64,000 bases of DNA. It comes from Myxococcota bacterium (GTDB taxonomy: Bacteria; Myxococcota_A; UBA796; SXON01). Shown piece by piece: positions 48,490 through 58,354 of the stretch (positions are counted from its first letter, which is position 1; every line of letters starts with the position of its first letter). The DNA is taken from NCBI GenBank assembly GCA_040386535.1, contig JAZKFH010000005.1, positions 38,058 through 102,057 of the forward strand. Direction: 5' to 3'. Below the pieces are notes generated by a model. The model saw nothing but the letters and a program-made list of their open reading frames with translations, was not told the DNA's origin and searched no databases. A program made the position numbers and the translations under genes.

Positions 48490-49377
48490 TCAGGTCAGCG
48501 GCCACACCGCGCGAGGCCAGTCGCCCAGTACGTGCACCTCGGGGACCAGGGACACCCCGGTCTCCGCGCGCACGCGCTCCCACGCGAGGCGCACGCATGC
48601 CATGACGTTTGCCGCCGTTGCGTCGCCGACGTTGACGATGAAGTTGGCGTGGCGCTCGCTGATCGCGGCGCCGCCCTCCTGGTACCCCTTGAGGCCCACG
48701 GACTCGATGAGGCGGCCGGCGTGGTCGCCCGGGGGGTTGCGGAACACGGAGCCGCAGCTCGGCAGATCGAGCGGCTGCGTGGCCTTGCGGCGCGCGAGGT
48801 GGTGCGCGATCCGCACCCGCTCGTCCTCGAAGCCCGCGCGGGTGAGCTTGAACACCGCCGCCGTGACGACGAACTTCGGCGGGAGCCCACCCTCGCGGTA
48901 CCGCATCGGCAGATCGGCGCGCGCGAGCGTGCACGGCCCGTTCGCGCCGATGCCCTCGATGGACTCGAGCACGTCGGACACTTCGCCCAGGACGGTGCCC
49001 GCGTTCATCGCGACCGCGCCGCCCACGGTGCCGGGCACCCCCGCGAGGGGGCCGAGGCCGGCGAGCCCGAGCTTCGCGGTCCGCCCGAGGAGCGCGGCGT
49101 TGAGCAGGCCGGCGCCGACGTGGAGCCGCACCACCCCGCCCTCTTCGGTGAGGATGCGGCTCTCGCGGAACGCCCCGCCCAGGCGCACGACGGTGCCGCG
49201 CAGCCCGGCGTCGGGGACGAGCAGGTTCGAGCCGTTGCCGAGCACGTGCAGGCCGGGATCCACGGCGAAGGCCGCGGCGAGCTCCGCGGCGTCGTCCACG
49301 AAGACCAGCCGCTCGATGGGCCCCCCGACGCGCCAGTAGCCGTGCCGGGAGAGAGGTTCTTCTTCGAGGATCTTCAT
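48490..49377 (-). CDS. murB: UDP-N-acetylenolpyruvoylglucosamine reductase
   Basis: RVGGP, LGNGSNLLV.D.G, PGTVGGA..MNAG, QP...PSCGSVF.NP, S..HANFIVN, PEV. Confidence 0.93.
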   Translation of the reverse strand: MKILEEEPLSRHGYWRVGGPIERLVFVDDAAELAAAFAVDPGLHVLGNGSNLLVPDAGLRGTVVRLGGAFRESRILTEEGGVVRLHVGAGLLNAALLGRTAKLGLAGLGPLAGVPGTVGGAVAMNAGTVLGEVSDVLESIEGIGANGPCTLARADLPMRYREGGLPPKFVVTAAVFKLTRAGFEDERVRIAHHLARRKATQPLDLPSCGSVFRNPPGDHAGRLIESVGLKGYQEGGAAISERHANFIVNVGDATAANVMACVRLAWERVRAETGVSLVPEVHVLGDWPRAVWPLT

Positions 49378-49435
49378 GGGTTCGGGCTCCCTAACCCGAC
49401 GCGCCACCGGCCCACCGGATCGGGCCCCGGTCTGG

Positions 49436-51685
49436 CTACCGGATCGTCCACCGCTCCGGCACGCGCGCATACGCCGCCTCTGGCTGGCCCGACGGCCACA
49501 CCCGCGCCGCGTCCGCGAGCAGCACCCCGGCGAGGGTCGGCGTGACGGGGATCGTCGTCTTCCAGGCCCCACCCACGGCCCGCACGCCCCTGATGGTGAC
49601 GCGCCCGTCCTCGCCGGTCCACGACGCCGCGCCGCCGCTCGCCACCAGTGCGTCCAGGATGCGCGCGAGCGGCTCGACGCCCGCGGGAAGGCCAACGGAC
49701 ACGTCCAGGGCGACGCCCGCGGGCGCCGACACATCGACCACCACGGACGTGGTCATCCCGACGACCATCTCCTCGCGCGACACCTTCACGTCGAGCCCCG
49801 CGGGCGGGAGCTGCACCCACGGCACGTAGTCGCGCGCCACCGCCGTGAAGGCGAGGCCCGGCACGGCGGGCTCGGAGGTGACGGTCACGCGGTGCTCGGC
49901 GAGGCCGGTGAGCGCCCCGCCCACGATGCGCACGGGGGCGTGCGGATGGGAGGGGTCGAGCACGCCGCGGCCGACCTCGACGCCGTCGACCTCCACGCGC
50001 ACGGCCACCTCGCGGGGGATGTCGCCCGCGAAGACGGCTTCGAGCGCGCGGAGGGCGAGGATGCCGGTGTCGCCGTCGCCGAAGCCCGCGCGCGGATCGT
50101 AGAGCCCGAGCAGCCCGGCGGCGAGATCGGGGCGGGCAGGGTCGTCCGCGGGGAGGGCGAGGATCGCGAGCGCGGTCGCCTCGGCCTCGGTCACGCGCCG
50201 GCCGTCGGGGCGGGCCGCGTCGACACGGAGGGTCTTGGCGCCGTCCGGGGTGGTGTGGAGGGCCTCGCGCACGGTGGTGCGCAGCGTTTCGGCGGTCCCC
50301 TCCTCCACGACGCCAGCGGCGAGGCCCCACGCGGCCACGTACGGCGCGGTCAGGCGCGGGCTGTAGCGCTCGAACGCGCCCGTGGCGCGCAGGCGGTTGG
50401 ACTGGTTGTCGGGGCCGAGCGCCCACACGGCCCGCGCGGTCTGGACGAGCGAGGCGTCGAGCGAGGCGCCGGCCGCGGCGGTCCACAAGCCGTCGGGGGC
50501 CTGGGTGGCGCGGAGGGTCTCCGCGAGGCGGATGGCGAGGCGGCCCGCGAGGCTGTCGGCGGGCGCGATGCGGAGCGCGGCGAGCGCCGTGGTGGCCTCG
50601 GCCACGCCGGGCGTGCGTGTCTCCTTGGCGATGCGCTGCCACGCGCGGAGCTGGGCGGCGCGGAGCACGTCGGGGGGGACCGTGCCGTCGGCGGCGAGCG
50701 GCCCGGCGAGGCCGGTCACGGCGTAGGTGTAGGCGGCCTGGGCGAGGTCGGGGCCGCGGGCGGGCGCCGCGTCGAGCTCGGCGCGCACGACGCCGAGGGC
50801 GCCGGGGAACACGGTGACGACGAGCGAGCCGGAGTTGGCGCCGGGCGACGCGGAGAGGGTGAAGCTCCGTGGCCCGGCCAACGTGCCGCCGCGCACGGAC
50901 TCGACCGGCCGGCCGACCGGGCGTACGGACACGGTCCGCTCGACGCTGTCGAGGGCGCCGAGGCGCGCCACGAGGCTCAGATCACCCGCGCGGGCCGCGT
51001 TGACGGACACCATCTCGGTCCGCGAGCCGTACGCCGCGAGGGACACGGCGCCGCCGCCGACGGCCGTGCCGTCCACGAGCACTTCGAGCGCGGCGGAGAG
51101 CGCCTCGCCCTGCTGGCTCACGGCCTGCACGGGGAGCCGCACGACGTCGCCAGCGTAGAGGAACGTGGGCGTCACGAGGTCGACGTAGGCGGGCAAGGTG
51201 GAGGCGAACGTCGCGAGCGCGCCGCCCTGCGCACCGCCGCGGGTCTGGCCGAGGGCCAGCAGGCGCCACGTCGTGAGCGTGTCGGGCACGGTGACGGGGA
51301 TGGTCACCGAGCCGCTCTCGGGCACCTCGACGAGGGGCAACCAGAGGAAGCTCTCGGGGAACCAGGCGCGGGGGGTGGGGGGGGCGTCGGCGCTGCTGAG
51401 GGTGCCGACGATGCCGGCGTCGTTGGCGCTCTCGGGCTTCTTCTCGAGGAAGATCTCCACCATGTGATCGTCGGAATCATCGTTGCGTCCGCCCTTCCCC
51501 CGCGCGGACTTCGCCCCCATCGGCGCGGCCTCGACCGACGGGGCCGCGGGCGCCCCGCCGCTCGGGCCGTCCGCGCCCCAGCCCCCCTCGTCCGCCATCT
51601 CCTCCTTCCGCTCCCGCGGCGCCGACTGCTCCGCGTCCGGCGACCGCGCCATACACGCCGCCAACACCAACAACAACGAGGTCAT
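49436..51685 (-). CDS. Alpha-2-macroglobulin C-terminal half (A2M/TED-like/MG10), lipoprotein, no thioester
   Basis: Lipobox LAAC; R..FPE..LW, P..LTTW, P.FL..GD; no CxEQ. Confidence 0.82.
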   Translation of the reverse strand: MTSLLLVLAACMARSPDAEQSAPRERKEEMADEGGWGADGPSGGAPAAPSVEAAPMGAKSARGKGGRNDDSDDHMVEIFLEKKPESANDAGIVGTLSSADAPPTPRAWFPESFLWLPLVEVPESGSVTIPVTVPDTLTTWRLLALGQTRGGAQGGALATFASTLPAYVDLVTPTFLYAGDVVRLPVQAVSQQGEALSAALEVLVDGTAVGGGAVSLAAYGSRTEMVSVNAARAGDLSLVARLGALDSVERTVSVRPVGRPVESVRGGTLAGPRSFTLSASPGANSGSLVVTVFPGALGVVRAELDAAPARGPDLAQAAYTYAVTGLAGPLAADGTVPPDVLRAAQLRAWQRIAKETRTPGVAEATTALAALRIAPADSLAGRLAIRLAETLRATQAPDGLWTAAAGASLDASLVQTARAVWALGPDNQSNRLRATGAFERYSPRLTAPYVAAWGLAAGVVEEGTAETLRTTVREALHTTPDGAKTLRVDAARPDGRRVTEAEATALAILALPADDPARPDLAAGLLGLYDPRAGFGDGDTGILALRALEAVFAGDIPREVAVRVEVDGVEVGRGVLDPSHPHAPVRIVGGALTGLAEHRVTVTSEPAVPGLAFTAVARDYVPWVQLPPAGLDVKVSREEMVVGMTTSVVVDVSAPAGVALDVSVGLPAGVEPLARILDALVASGGAASWTGEDGRVTIRGVRAVGGAWKTTIPVTPTLAGVLLADAARVWPSGQPEAAYARVPERWTIR

Positions 51686-54600
51686 GGAGCCTCCGCGGAC
51701 ACGTAGACGGGCCAGTTCTCCACGTCCTCGGGCAGGCGCGCGCCGTCGGAGGCCATGAAGCGGGGATCGGTGAGGGCGAGCAGATCGGGGGGGAGCGTGG
51801 AGAGGTGGAGCGCGCGGCCGAACGGGTCCTTCGTGGGGTGGGCGCGGAGCGCCTTCTCCCAGAGCTTCACCATCGTGGCGGCGGTGAGCACCTCACCCGC
51901 CGGCGTGGCGGCCTCCCAGGCGCGCACCTCGGTCCGCGCGTGCCCGTAGAGCGTGTAGAACGCATCGGCGAGCTCGGCCTCGGGCGTGAACGAGCCCATG
52001 GTCTGCACGATGTCGACCCGATCCGCGCCCGGCGGCAGCGACGGGAGCCCGGTGACGCGGAGCACGGCGGCCTGCGCCGCGTTCTCGCCGGCGATCTGGC
52101 CGGTCTGGAGGGCGCGGGCGTCGAGGACGCCGAAAGCGGGCGCGTCGGAGGTGGCGCGCACGGTCACCCGCGCGAAGGCGTCGGGGTTCGGGAGGGTTGC
52201 CAGCGTCGCGAGCGTGCTGTCCACGCCCGAGAGGGTGACGCCGGCACCGACGGGGGTGTCGCCGTCCCGCGCGGTGATGGTGACGTTGGCGGTCGCGCCG
52301 GGGCGGTAGGTGGCGGCGTCCGTCGTGAGCGCGAGCGCGAGGTCCGCCTTGGGGCGCACGTAGAGCACGGCGCGGGCACCCGACCACTCCACGTGCACGA
52401 AGCCGTCGGTGTCGGCGGGGACCGTGATCGTCGTCTTGCGGGTCTTCTCGTCGAAGGGGAACTCGACCAGCGAGCGGTCCCCCTGCTTCAGCCACACCTT
52501 CTCCGGAAACGAGCCGGTGAAGTTCGGGCCGCGCACCGCGGAGAGCTCGACGGTGGCGCCCGGATCGACGATGACCTCGGAGAAGCGCAGGCGCAGATCG
52601 GGCACCGCGCCGACCGGCAAACGGAGGACCGTGGCGCCGAGGGCCTCGGCACCTTCCTCCGCCGCGGTGACCTGCACCTTGAGCGCGAAGCCGGGGAACG
52701 TGGTCGGGCCGGGCTGGGACACGCCCGGCTCCCGCGGCACATAGGCGGAGATGCGCAGGAGGCCGGCGCCGGCGTCCTCCGCGGGGTCCCCGAGGCGCAG
52801 CCCGGAGACGAAGCGCTCGACGCAGGCCGAGACGCCCGCGGGCACCCGGCCGCCCACCGAGGGATCGGCCATCGGCGTGAGCCCGATGGCGGTGGAGCCG
52901 GCCTCGACCGTCACGCGGAAGGCGCGCGGCAGCTCGCCGTCCTCGGAGAGCGCCGCGGCGCAGGGCCGCGCTTCGACCAGCCGCTGCTCCAGGGCCGCCT
53001 CCACGCCCGACACATCCCCGACGGCGCCGTCGACGCTCGCGCTCAGCGAGGGCGTCCCCGGGTCCGTCACGCCCCAGCTCACGTTCCAGAGGCGGTCACG
53101 GCCGCGCGGCCCGGACTCGCCCGCGAGCACGCCCGCCACACAACGCGAGAGCGCCGAACGTGTGCTGCCGACGAAGGCGTCGAGCTGCCGCACCCGCCCG
53201 TCCGCGCCGAGCAACGCGGACACGGTGACGGTGCGCTGCTCCCCGACGGGCACCCGATCGGCGCAGGCGCGCACCTTCCTCGTCCAACGGTCGAGCGCGA
53301 CGCGGCCCTCCAGGTCGACCGACTCGTTGGTGAGCACGTCCTCGGCGGAGGCGAGGGAGACCGTCTCCACGGCGGCGCGGGGCTGCGGCCGCACGGGCAT
53401 CGCGGGCACGACGACCGTGGTGGGCTCGCCCGGATCGAGCTGGAAGCGGGCCACGCCGTCGGCGTCGGCGGTGGCCTCCATCCCTGGATCGGCGGGGTCC
53501 CACTCGCGCGTCACCCGCACGGTCGCGCCGGGGAGGACGCGGCCGTCAGCCGTCGCGACGCGAAGGTAGACGCGGTTGTTCGCGGAGGGCACGAGGCCGC
53601 CGGCGAGCTCGGTCACGGCCTCCGCGGTGATCGGATCCTCCGCGAGCAGCGCGGCGGCGCCGCCCGTGGCGGTGTCGCCCGTCTCGTCCGTGGCGGTGAG
53701 CGTGTAGCGGATCGTGGCCTGCCCGCGCAGATCGGCGGGGACCACGTCGCGCTCGGGCGCCACGTCGAAGCGGAAGTTGCCCTTCGCGTCCGTGGTCAAC
53801 GTGCGCTCCTCGAGCCACGCGGTCGGCGGCGGCCACTCGCCTTCACTCCGGGCGGTGACGCGCAGGGTCGCGTTCGCGAGGGGCGCGCCCGACGTGTAGC
53901 GGGCCACGCCCTCGACGATCGGCTGGTCGCCGATGCGCCACGCGGGCCGCGTGCCCTTGGCCTCGACCGTGAAGCGCGGGAGCTGGAAGGGCTTGACGTC
54001 GATCTCCACCCGGTCGACCGCGGCGCCCGACTCGAACGCCACCGCCCAGGCCCCGCTCGTCGCGTCGCTGGTGAGCGGGAAGCTGCCGGACACGACGCCG
54101 AACGCGCCGGTCTTGCCCTTCTCTTCGAGGAGCAGCTCGCCCGACGGGTCCCACACCTTCCACGTGCCGGGGCGCCCTTCGAGCGGCGCCAGATCGGCGG
54201 CGCCGAGGAGCACGGCGCGGAACTTCACGTCCTGGCCGGGCTTGTAGAGCGGCGCGTCGGTCAGGACGTGGGCGAGCGCGGGCTGGTAGAGGGGCAGCTT
54301 CGCCTCGACCGTGGCGTCGCCAGCGGGGGAGCTCACGGTGACCCGCAGGACGTAGTCGCCGTCGGGGCCGTCGGGCAGCTTGACCCGGGCGGACTTGCGC
54401 GTGCCCCACGTCTTCTCCCAGCCGTCCCCGAACCAGCTGTCGTCGACGGGCTCGAGCCGCGTCTCGGTGCCGTCGGGCGCGACGAGCGTGAGCGTGGGCG
54501 AGAACCGGCGCACCTCGGTCGAGTAGAGGCTGCCCCACTCGGACGCGTAGTGCGCGGTGAGCCCGACGTACACGGTGCCCTCGTCCTTGCGCCCGAGGCC

Positions 54601-54771
54601 GGCCGCCTCGACGAAGGCCACGGGGCGCAGCTCGCCGACGGGGCACTGGTCCAGGTACACGGCGTCGCCGATCCAGGAGGTCCAGCACGGGCCGACGAGG
54701 CCCACGCACCCGACGACCGAGACGACCCCGAGGCCCCCGATCCCGAGGAGCACCTTCTTCCATGTCCGCAT
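51682..54771 (-). CDS. Alpha-2-macroglobulin N-terminal half (MG domains), N-terminal TM anchor
   Basis: TD.P.YKPGQ.V.FR, DPSG, FG..SG.F.L, LPRF.V, Y..G.P, D...Y.PG, VD. Confidence 0.85.
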   Translation of the reverse strand: MRTWKKVLLGIGGLGVVSVVGCVGLVGPCWTSWIGDAVYLDQCPVGELRPVAFVEAAGLGRKDEGTVYVGLTAHYASEWGSLYSTEVRRFSPTLTLVAPDGTETRLEPVDDSWFGDGWEKTWGTRKSARVKLPDGPDGDYVLRVTVSSPAGDATVEAKLPLYQPALAHVLTDAPLYKPGQDVKFRAVLLGAADLAPLEGRPGTWKVWDPSGELLLEEKGKTGAFGVVSGSFPLTSDATSGAWAVAFESGAAVDRVEIDVKPFQLPRFTVEAKGTRPAWRIGDQPIVEGVARYTSGAPLANATLRVTARSEGEWPPPTAWLEERTLTTDAKGNFRFDVAPERDVVPADLRGQATIRYTLTATDETGDTATGGAAALLAEDPITAEAVTELAGGLVPSANNRVYLRVATADGRVLPGATVRVTREWDPADPGMEATADADGVARFQLDPGEPTTVVVPAMPVRPQPRAAVETVSLASAEDVLTNESVDLEGRVALDRWTRKVRACADRVPVGEQRTVTVSALLGADGRVRQLDAFVGSTRSALSRCVAGVLAGESGPRGRDRLWNVSWGVTDPGTPSLSASVDGAVGDVSGVEAALEQRLVEARPCAAALSEDGELPRAFRVTVEAGSTAIGLTPMADPSVGGRVPAGVSACVERFVSGLRLGDPAEDAGAGLLRISAYVPREPGVSQPGPTTFPGFALKVQVTAAEEGAEALGATVLRLPVGAVPDLRLRFSEVIVDPGATVELSAVRGPNFTGSFPEKVWLKQGDRSLVEFPFDEKTRKTTITVPADTDGFVHVEWSGARAVLYVRPKADLALALTTDAATYRPGATANVTITARDGDTPVGAGVTLSGVDSTLATLATLPNPDAFARVTVRATSDAPAFGVLDARALQTGQIAGENAAQAAVLRVTGLPSLPPGADRVDIVQTMGSFTPEAELADAFYTLYGHARTEVRAWEAATPAGEVLTAATMVKLWEKALRAHPTKDPFGRALHLSTLPPDLLALTDPRFMASDGARLPEDVENWPVYVSAEAP

Positions 54772-54862
54772 GTCGCGCGCTCCGGTTGGGCCTCTGACCG
54801 GGCCCGGGCGCGAGTCTAACGGAAGTCGGGAGGCGCCCTTACAGGCGCGCCCCCGAAGGCGC

Positions 54863-56449
54863 TCAGGACGCGGACTCCTTGGCTACCGCGAAGGCCTTGC
54901 CGATCACGGCGGAGTCGCCCTGGAGCGCGGTGCGCTGCATGTAGAAGAGCAGCCCGCGCTCGCCGCCGAGCTCCTCGCCGCCGCCGGCGCGGCCGGGCCC
55001 GCCGTGGATCATCGCGGGGAGCACGAGGCCCGGCGCGGTCGCCTGGTCGGCCACCTTGGAGGAGAGCAACAGGAGCCGCCCGAGGGAGGGCGCGGCGCCG
55101 AGGGCGAAGCGCTCGACCCACACGCGGTCGTCCGACACGGCGCTCGCCACGAGGCTGCCCTGCCCAAGCGCGACGAGCTCGGCAGCGGAGTCCGCGGTGC
55201 CGTCGTACGGGAGGATGGTCACGACGGGGCCGAACACCTCGAGGTCGTGGACCGGGCCCGCCTCGGTCGCATTCTTGGCGCGCAGCACCGTCGGCGCGAC
55301 GTAGAAGCCCTTGCCCTCGGGGGCGTTGCGGCCCTCCGCACGTTCGGCGCCGCCGAGCACGATGGTGGCGTGCTCGGAGAGCGCGCGGATGCCGGCGAGC
55401 GCGTCCTTGAGTTGCGACGCGGTGCTGACCGGGCCCATCGTGACGCCGTCCGTCACGGGGTTGCCGACGACCACGCCCGCGAGCGCGTCGATCAGGGCGT
55501 CCTGCAGGGCGTCGGCGTGGGCCTCGGGCACGAACACGCGGCGGATCGCGGTGCACTTCTGCCCGGTCTTCTGCGTCATGTCGGTGACGATGTTGCGCAC
55601 GAACGTGTTCCACAGGTCGGAGCCCGGCTCGACGTCGGGGCCCGCCACGGTGGCGTTGAGCGAGTCGGCCTCGACGTTGACGCGCACCGACTTCGACGCG
55701 AAGCCCGGCGTGCCACGGAGCATGGTGCCGGTGGTGTTGCTGCCGGTGAACGCGAGGTGATCCTGGGGCCCGAGGCGCGAGAGCAGATCGCCCGTGGAGC
55801 CGACGACGAGCTGGAAGCTGCCCGCGGGGAGGCGGCCCGACTCGACCAGCACCTGCGTCATGCGCCAGGTGAGCAGCGCCGTGGCGGTGGCGGGCTTGCT
55901 GATGATGGGGATGCCGGCGAGCAGCGCGACGGCGGCCTTCTCGAAGGTGCCCCACGCCGGGAAGTTGAAGGCGTTGATGTGCACGGCCACGCCGGTGCGC
56001 GGCACCCACACGTGCTGGCCGACAAAGCGCGGCGAGCGCGTGAGCGGGAACATGTCCCCATCGGTCAAAAAGCGGCGGTCCCCGACGCGCTTCGCCAGGG
56101 CCTCGCCGAACGAGGCGTAGGCGGCGAGGGTGCCGATCGCGCCGTCGACGTCGAACTTCGCGTCCCCGCGGGTGTTGCCGCCGTTCTTCTGCGCAAGGTC
56201 CAGGAATTCCTCACGGTTCGCGTGCAGGATCTTCGCCATGTCCTTGAGGAGCGCGGCGCGATCGGCGAACGAGAGGGCGCGCAGGGCCGGCGCACCGACC
56301 TCGCGGGCGTGGGCCAGGGCGGCGCCGAAGTCGGCCCCTTCGGTCGAAGCCTCCGCGAGGACCTCCTCGGTCGAGGGGTCAACCAGCGTGACGAAGCGAC
56401 CCGAGCCGGCAAACCAGCGGCCAACGAGGTAAGACGTGAGGCGAATCAT
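54863..56449 (-). CDS. PaaZ/BoxD-type aldehyde dehydrogenase (3,4-dehydroadipyl-CoA semialdehyde dehydrogenase-like; no MaoC domain)
   Basis: L.SY..G.W, HINAFNFP.WG, KPAT.T, FTGS, EADSLN, GQKCTAIRR, E.FGPV, HGGPGRAGGGEELGG. Confidence 0.88.
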   Translation of the reverse strand: MIRLTSYLVGRWFAGSGRFVTLVDPSTEEVLAEASTEGADFGAALAHAREVGAPALRALSFADRAALLKDMAKILHANREEFLDLAQKNGGNTRGDAKFDVDGAIGTLAAYASFGEALAKRVGDRRFLTDGDMFPLTRSPRFVGQHVWVPRTGVAVHINAFNFPAWGTFEKAAVALLAGIPIISKPATATALLTWRMTQVLVESGRLPAGSFQLVVGSTGDLLSRLGPQDHLAFTGSNTTGTMLRGTPGFASKSVRVNVEADSLNATVAGPDVEPGSDLWNTFVRNIVTDMTQKTGQKCTAIRRVFVPEAHADALQDALIDALAGVVVGNPVTDGVTMGPVSTASQLKDALAGIRALSEHATIVLGGAERAEGRNAPEGKGFYVAPTVLRAKNATEAGPVHDLEVFGPVVTILPYDGTADSAAELVALGQGSLVASAVSDDRVWVERFALGAAPSLGRLLLLSSKVADQATAPGLVLPAMIHGGPGRAGGGEELGGERGLLFYMQRTALQGDSAVIGKAFAVAKESAS

Positions 56450-56577
56450 GGCGGCTCCTGGGGGGCGGGGCGAGGCATCTAACGTGCCCGCTGCCTTCCG
56501 GACGCGGAGCACACCGCGCCGATCCACCATCTTCATTCCATCGAATCGTGCTTATTCCCGGGAAACCGGAGGTCGTC

Positions 56578-56772
56578 GTGGCAAAGTCAGGGACTACATT
56601 CGCCAAGCGTCAGAAAGAGATGGCCCAGCAAGAGCGTGCGCGCGACAAGGAAGCGCGCCGCGTCGAGCGGAAGGACACCAAGGAGAAGCGGCCGCTCGGG
56701 CCGGATGGGGAAGATCCCGACATCGCCGGAATCATCCCCGGTCCCCAGCCGATCCCGGAAGACGACTTCTAG
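56578..56772 (+). CDS. Small conserved basic/acidic hypothetical protein
   Basis: GGAGG RBS; MAKS.TTFAKRQKE....ERARDK..RR, C-terminal DPDIAGIIPGPQP. Confidence 0.75.
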   Translation: MAKSGTTFAKRQKEMAQQERARDKEARRVERKDTKEKRPLGPDGEDPDIAGIIPGPQPIPEDDF

Positions 56773-56825
56773 AACCGGGGACCCCTCCGGTCAGAATCCG
56801 GCGCGGTTCAGAGCTCCGGTGCGGT

Positions 56826-57569
56826 TCAGACCTTCTCCGGAACCTTCACGCCCGCGCGCTGAGAGTCGGACCGTTGCTGGTCCTGCTCGCCAGCGGCGTT
56901 TTGCCCCGCCGCCTGCGTGCCCTGCTGCGCGCCGTAGCCCTGCTGCTGGTATGGCTGGTTCTGCTGGGCCTGCTGCGGCTGGTTCTGCAGGTCTTGCTGC
57001 GGCTGCCCCTCCTTGCTCTGGTGGAACGGGCCCTGGGAGTACTGCCCCTCGATGGCGCGCTGCTGCCCACCCCCGAGCGCGATGCGCCTCGGCTGAGACT
57101 GCGCGGCCTTGGGGACGCGAATGGTGAGCACGCCGTTCTCCAGGTTCGCATCCACCTTGTCGCTCTCGATGCCCTCCGGGAGGATGAACGTCCGGTTGAA
57201 CGTGCCGTAGGCGCGCTCCGCGGTGTACCAGGTGTCGCCCCGGTTCTCCTGCTCGAACTCCCGGCGCCCGTTGATGCGCAGCCGGTTCCCGACCACCGTG
57301 ATGTCGAGGTTGTCCTCCTTCACCCCCGGAAGATCGGCCACGAACACCAGCCCGTCCTGGGTCTCGCGCACCTCGAAGTCCGGAACGAACTGGGTCAGGC
57401 GCCCGGCTTCGAGGAACCCGATCGGGTCCATCTCGAAGAGCGGGTCCCGGAACAGGTCCTGCATCCGCCGCATCGACTCCCGCACCATGCCGAAGGGGTC
57501 GCCGCCCCCCTGCTGGGTCAACTGGCCACCCCCACCCTGTTGTCCACGACGAACCGTCAAGTCTGCCAT
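56826..57569 (-). CDS. Hsp20/alpha-crystallin small heat-shock protein with Gln-rich tail
   Basis: AGGAG RBS; P..EV.ET, ADLPG, ER.YG.F.R...LP, A.L.NGVL.I.VPK, PRRI. Confidence 0.92.
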   Translation of the reverse strand: MADLTVRRGQQGGGGQLTQQGGGDPFGMVRESMRRMQDLFRDPLFEMDPIGFLEAGRLTQFVPDFEVRETQDGLVFVADLPGVKEDNLDITVVGNRLRINGRREFEQENRGDTWYTAERAYGTFNRTFILPEGIESDKVDANLENGVLTIRVPKAAQSQPRRIALGGGQQRAIEGQYSQGPFHQSKEGQPQQDLQNQPQQAQQNQPYQQQGYGAQQGTQAAGQNAAGEQDQQRSDSQRAGVKVPEKV

Positions 57570-57700
57570 TGGGTCCTCCTGCGTCCCCACGAAGGTAGGC
57601 AGCGCTCCACCCCGATCAACCGCGGCCTGGGCCACCCGCCGGTAAGGCCGGAGAAAGCCCGCTCCCGACGCATCTCGCTATAGACATCACGGAGGTTTCC

Positions 57701-58300
57701 ATGTCCCGACGCTTCGTGCTCCTCACCCCCCTTGTTTTCGCCCCCCTGCTCCTAGCCACCGGCTGCGGCCACCACGGCGTGAACAGCCCCGCCGAGGCCG
57801 AGCTCGCCTACATGGGCCTCGACGGCGCGGTCCAGCGCGGCCTCGCCTTGGGGCTCCAGGGCTTCGCGCTGGCGTCGAGCGCCAACATCGACCCGCAGTC
57901 CCAGGACGGCGACACGAACGGCGGGATGATCATCTCCGGCCAGGTCGATCAGGGCTCGTCCGACAACAAGGGGCTGCGCCTCTTCATGGAGCTCGACGAG
58001 TACTCCGATACGCTCGGCAGCAACGACGAGCCCGATCTCTTCTACCAGACCGACGGATCGGACCTCCCCGCGCTGAACATCACGCTCAAGGACATGCCGG
58101 CGGGCACGCTCGACGGCACGCTGGCCGGGGACTTCGAGATGGCGGGCACGCTCGGCGGGTACGTCGAGCTCGACGTGGTGTTCGCGGGCGAGACCGAGGA
58201 CGACGGCAGCGGCATCGCCGTGCGCAAGGCCGGCACCACGCGCATCACCGGCTCGGCCTCGTCCGACTACGGCGTCTTCGAGATCGACCTGGTGCGCTGA
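57701..58300 (+). CDS. Hypothetical lipoprotein
   Basis: GGAGG RBS, lipobox ATGC. Confidence 0.75.
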   Translation: MSRRFVLLTPLVFAPLLLATGCGHHGVNSPAEAELAYMGLDGAVQRGLALGLQGFALASSANIDPQSQDGDTNGGMIISGQVDQGSSDNKGLRLFMELDEYSDTLGSNDEPDLFYQTDGSDLPALNITLKDMPAGTLDGTLAGDFEMAGTLGGYVELDVVFAGETEDDGSGIAVRKAGTTRITGSASSDYGVFEIDLVR

Positions 58301-58354
58301 GAGGTAGAACGGCGCCGGCTCGGGCTGGCGTCGCGCGCGGATATACTCCGCGCC

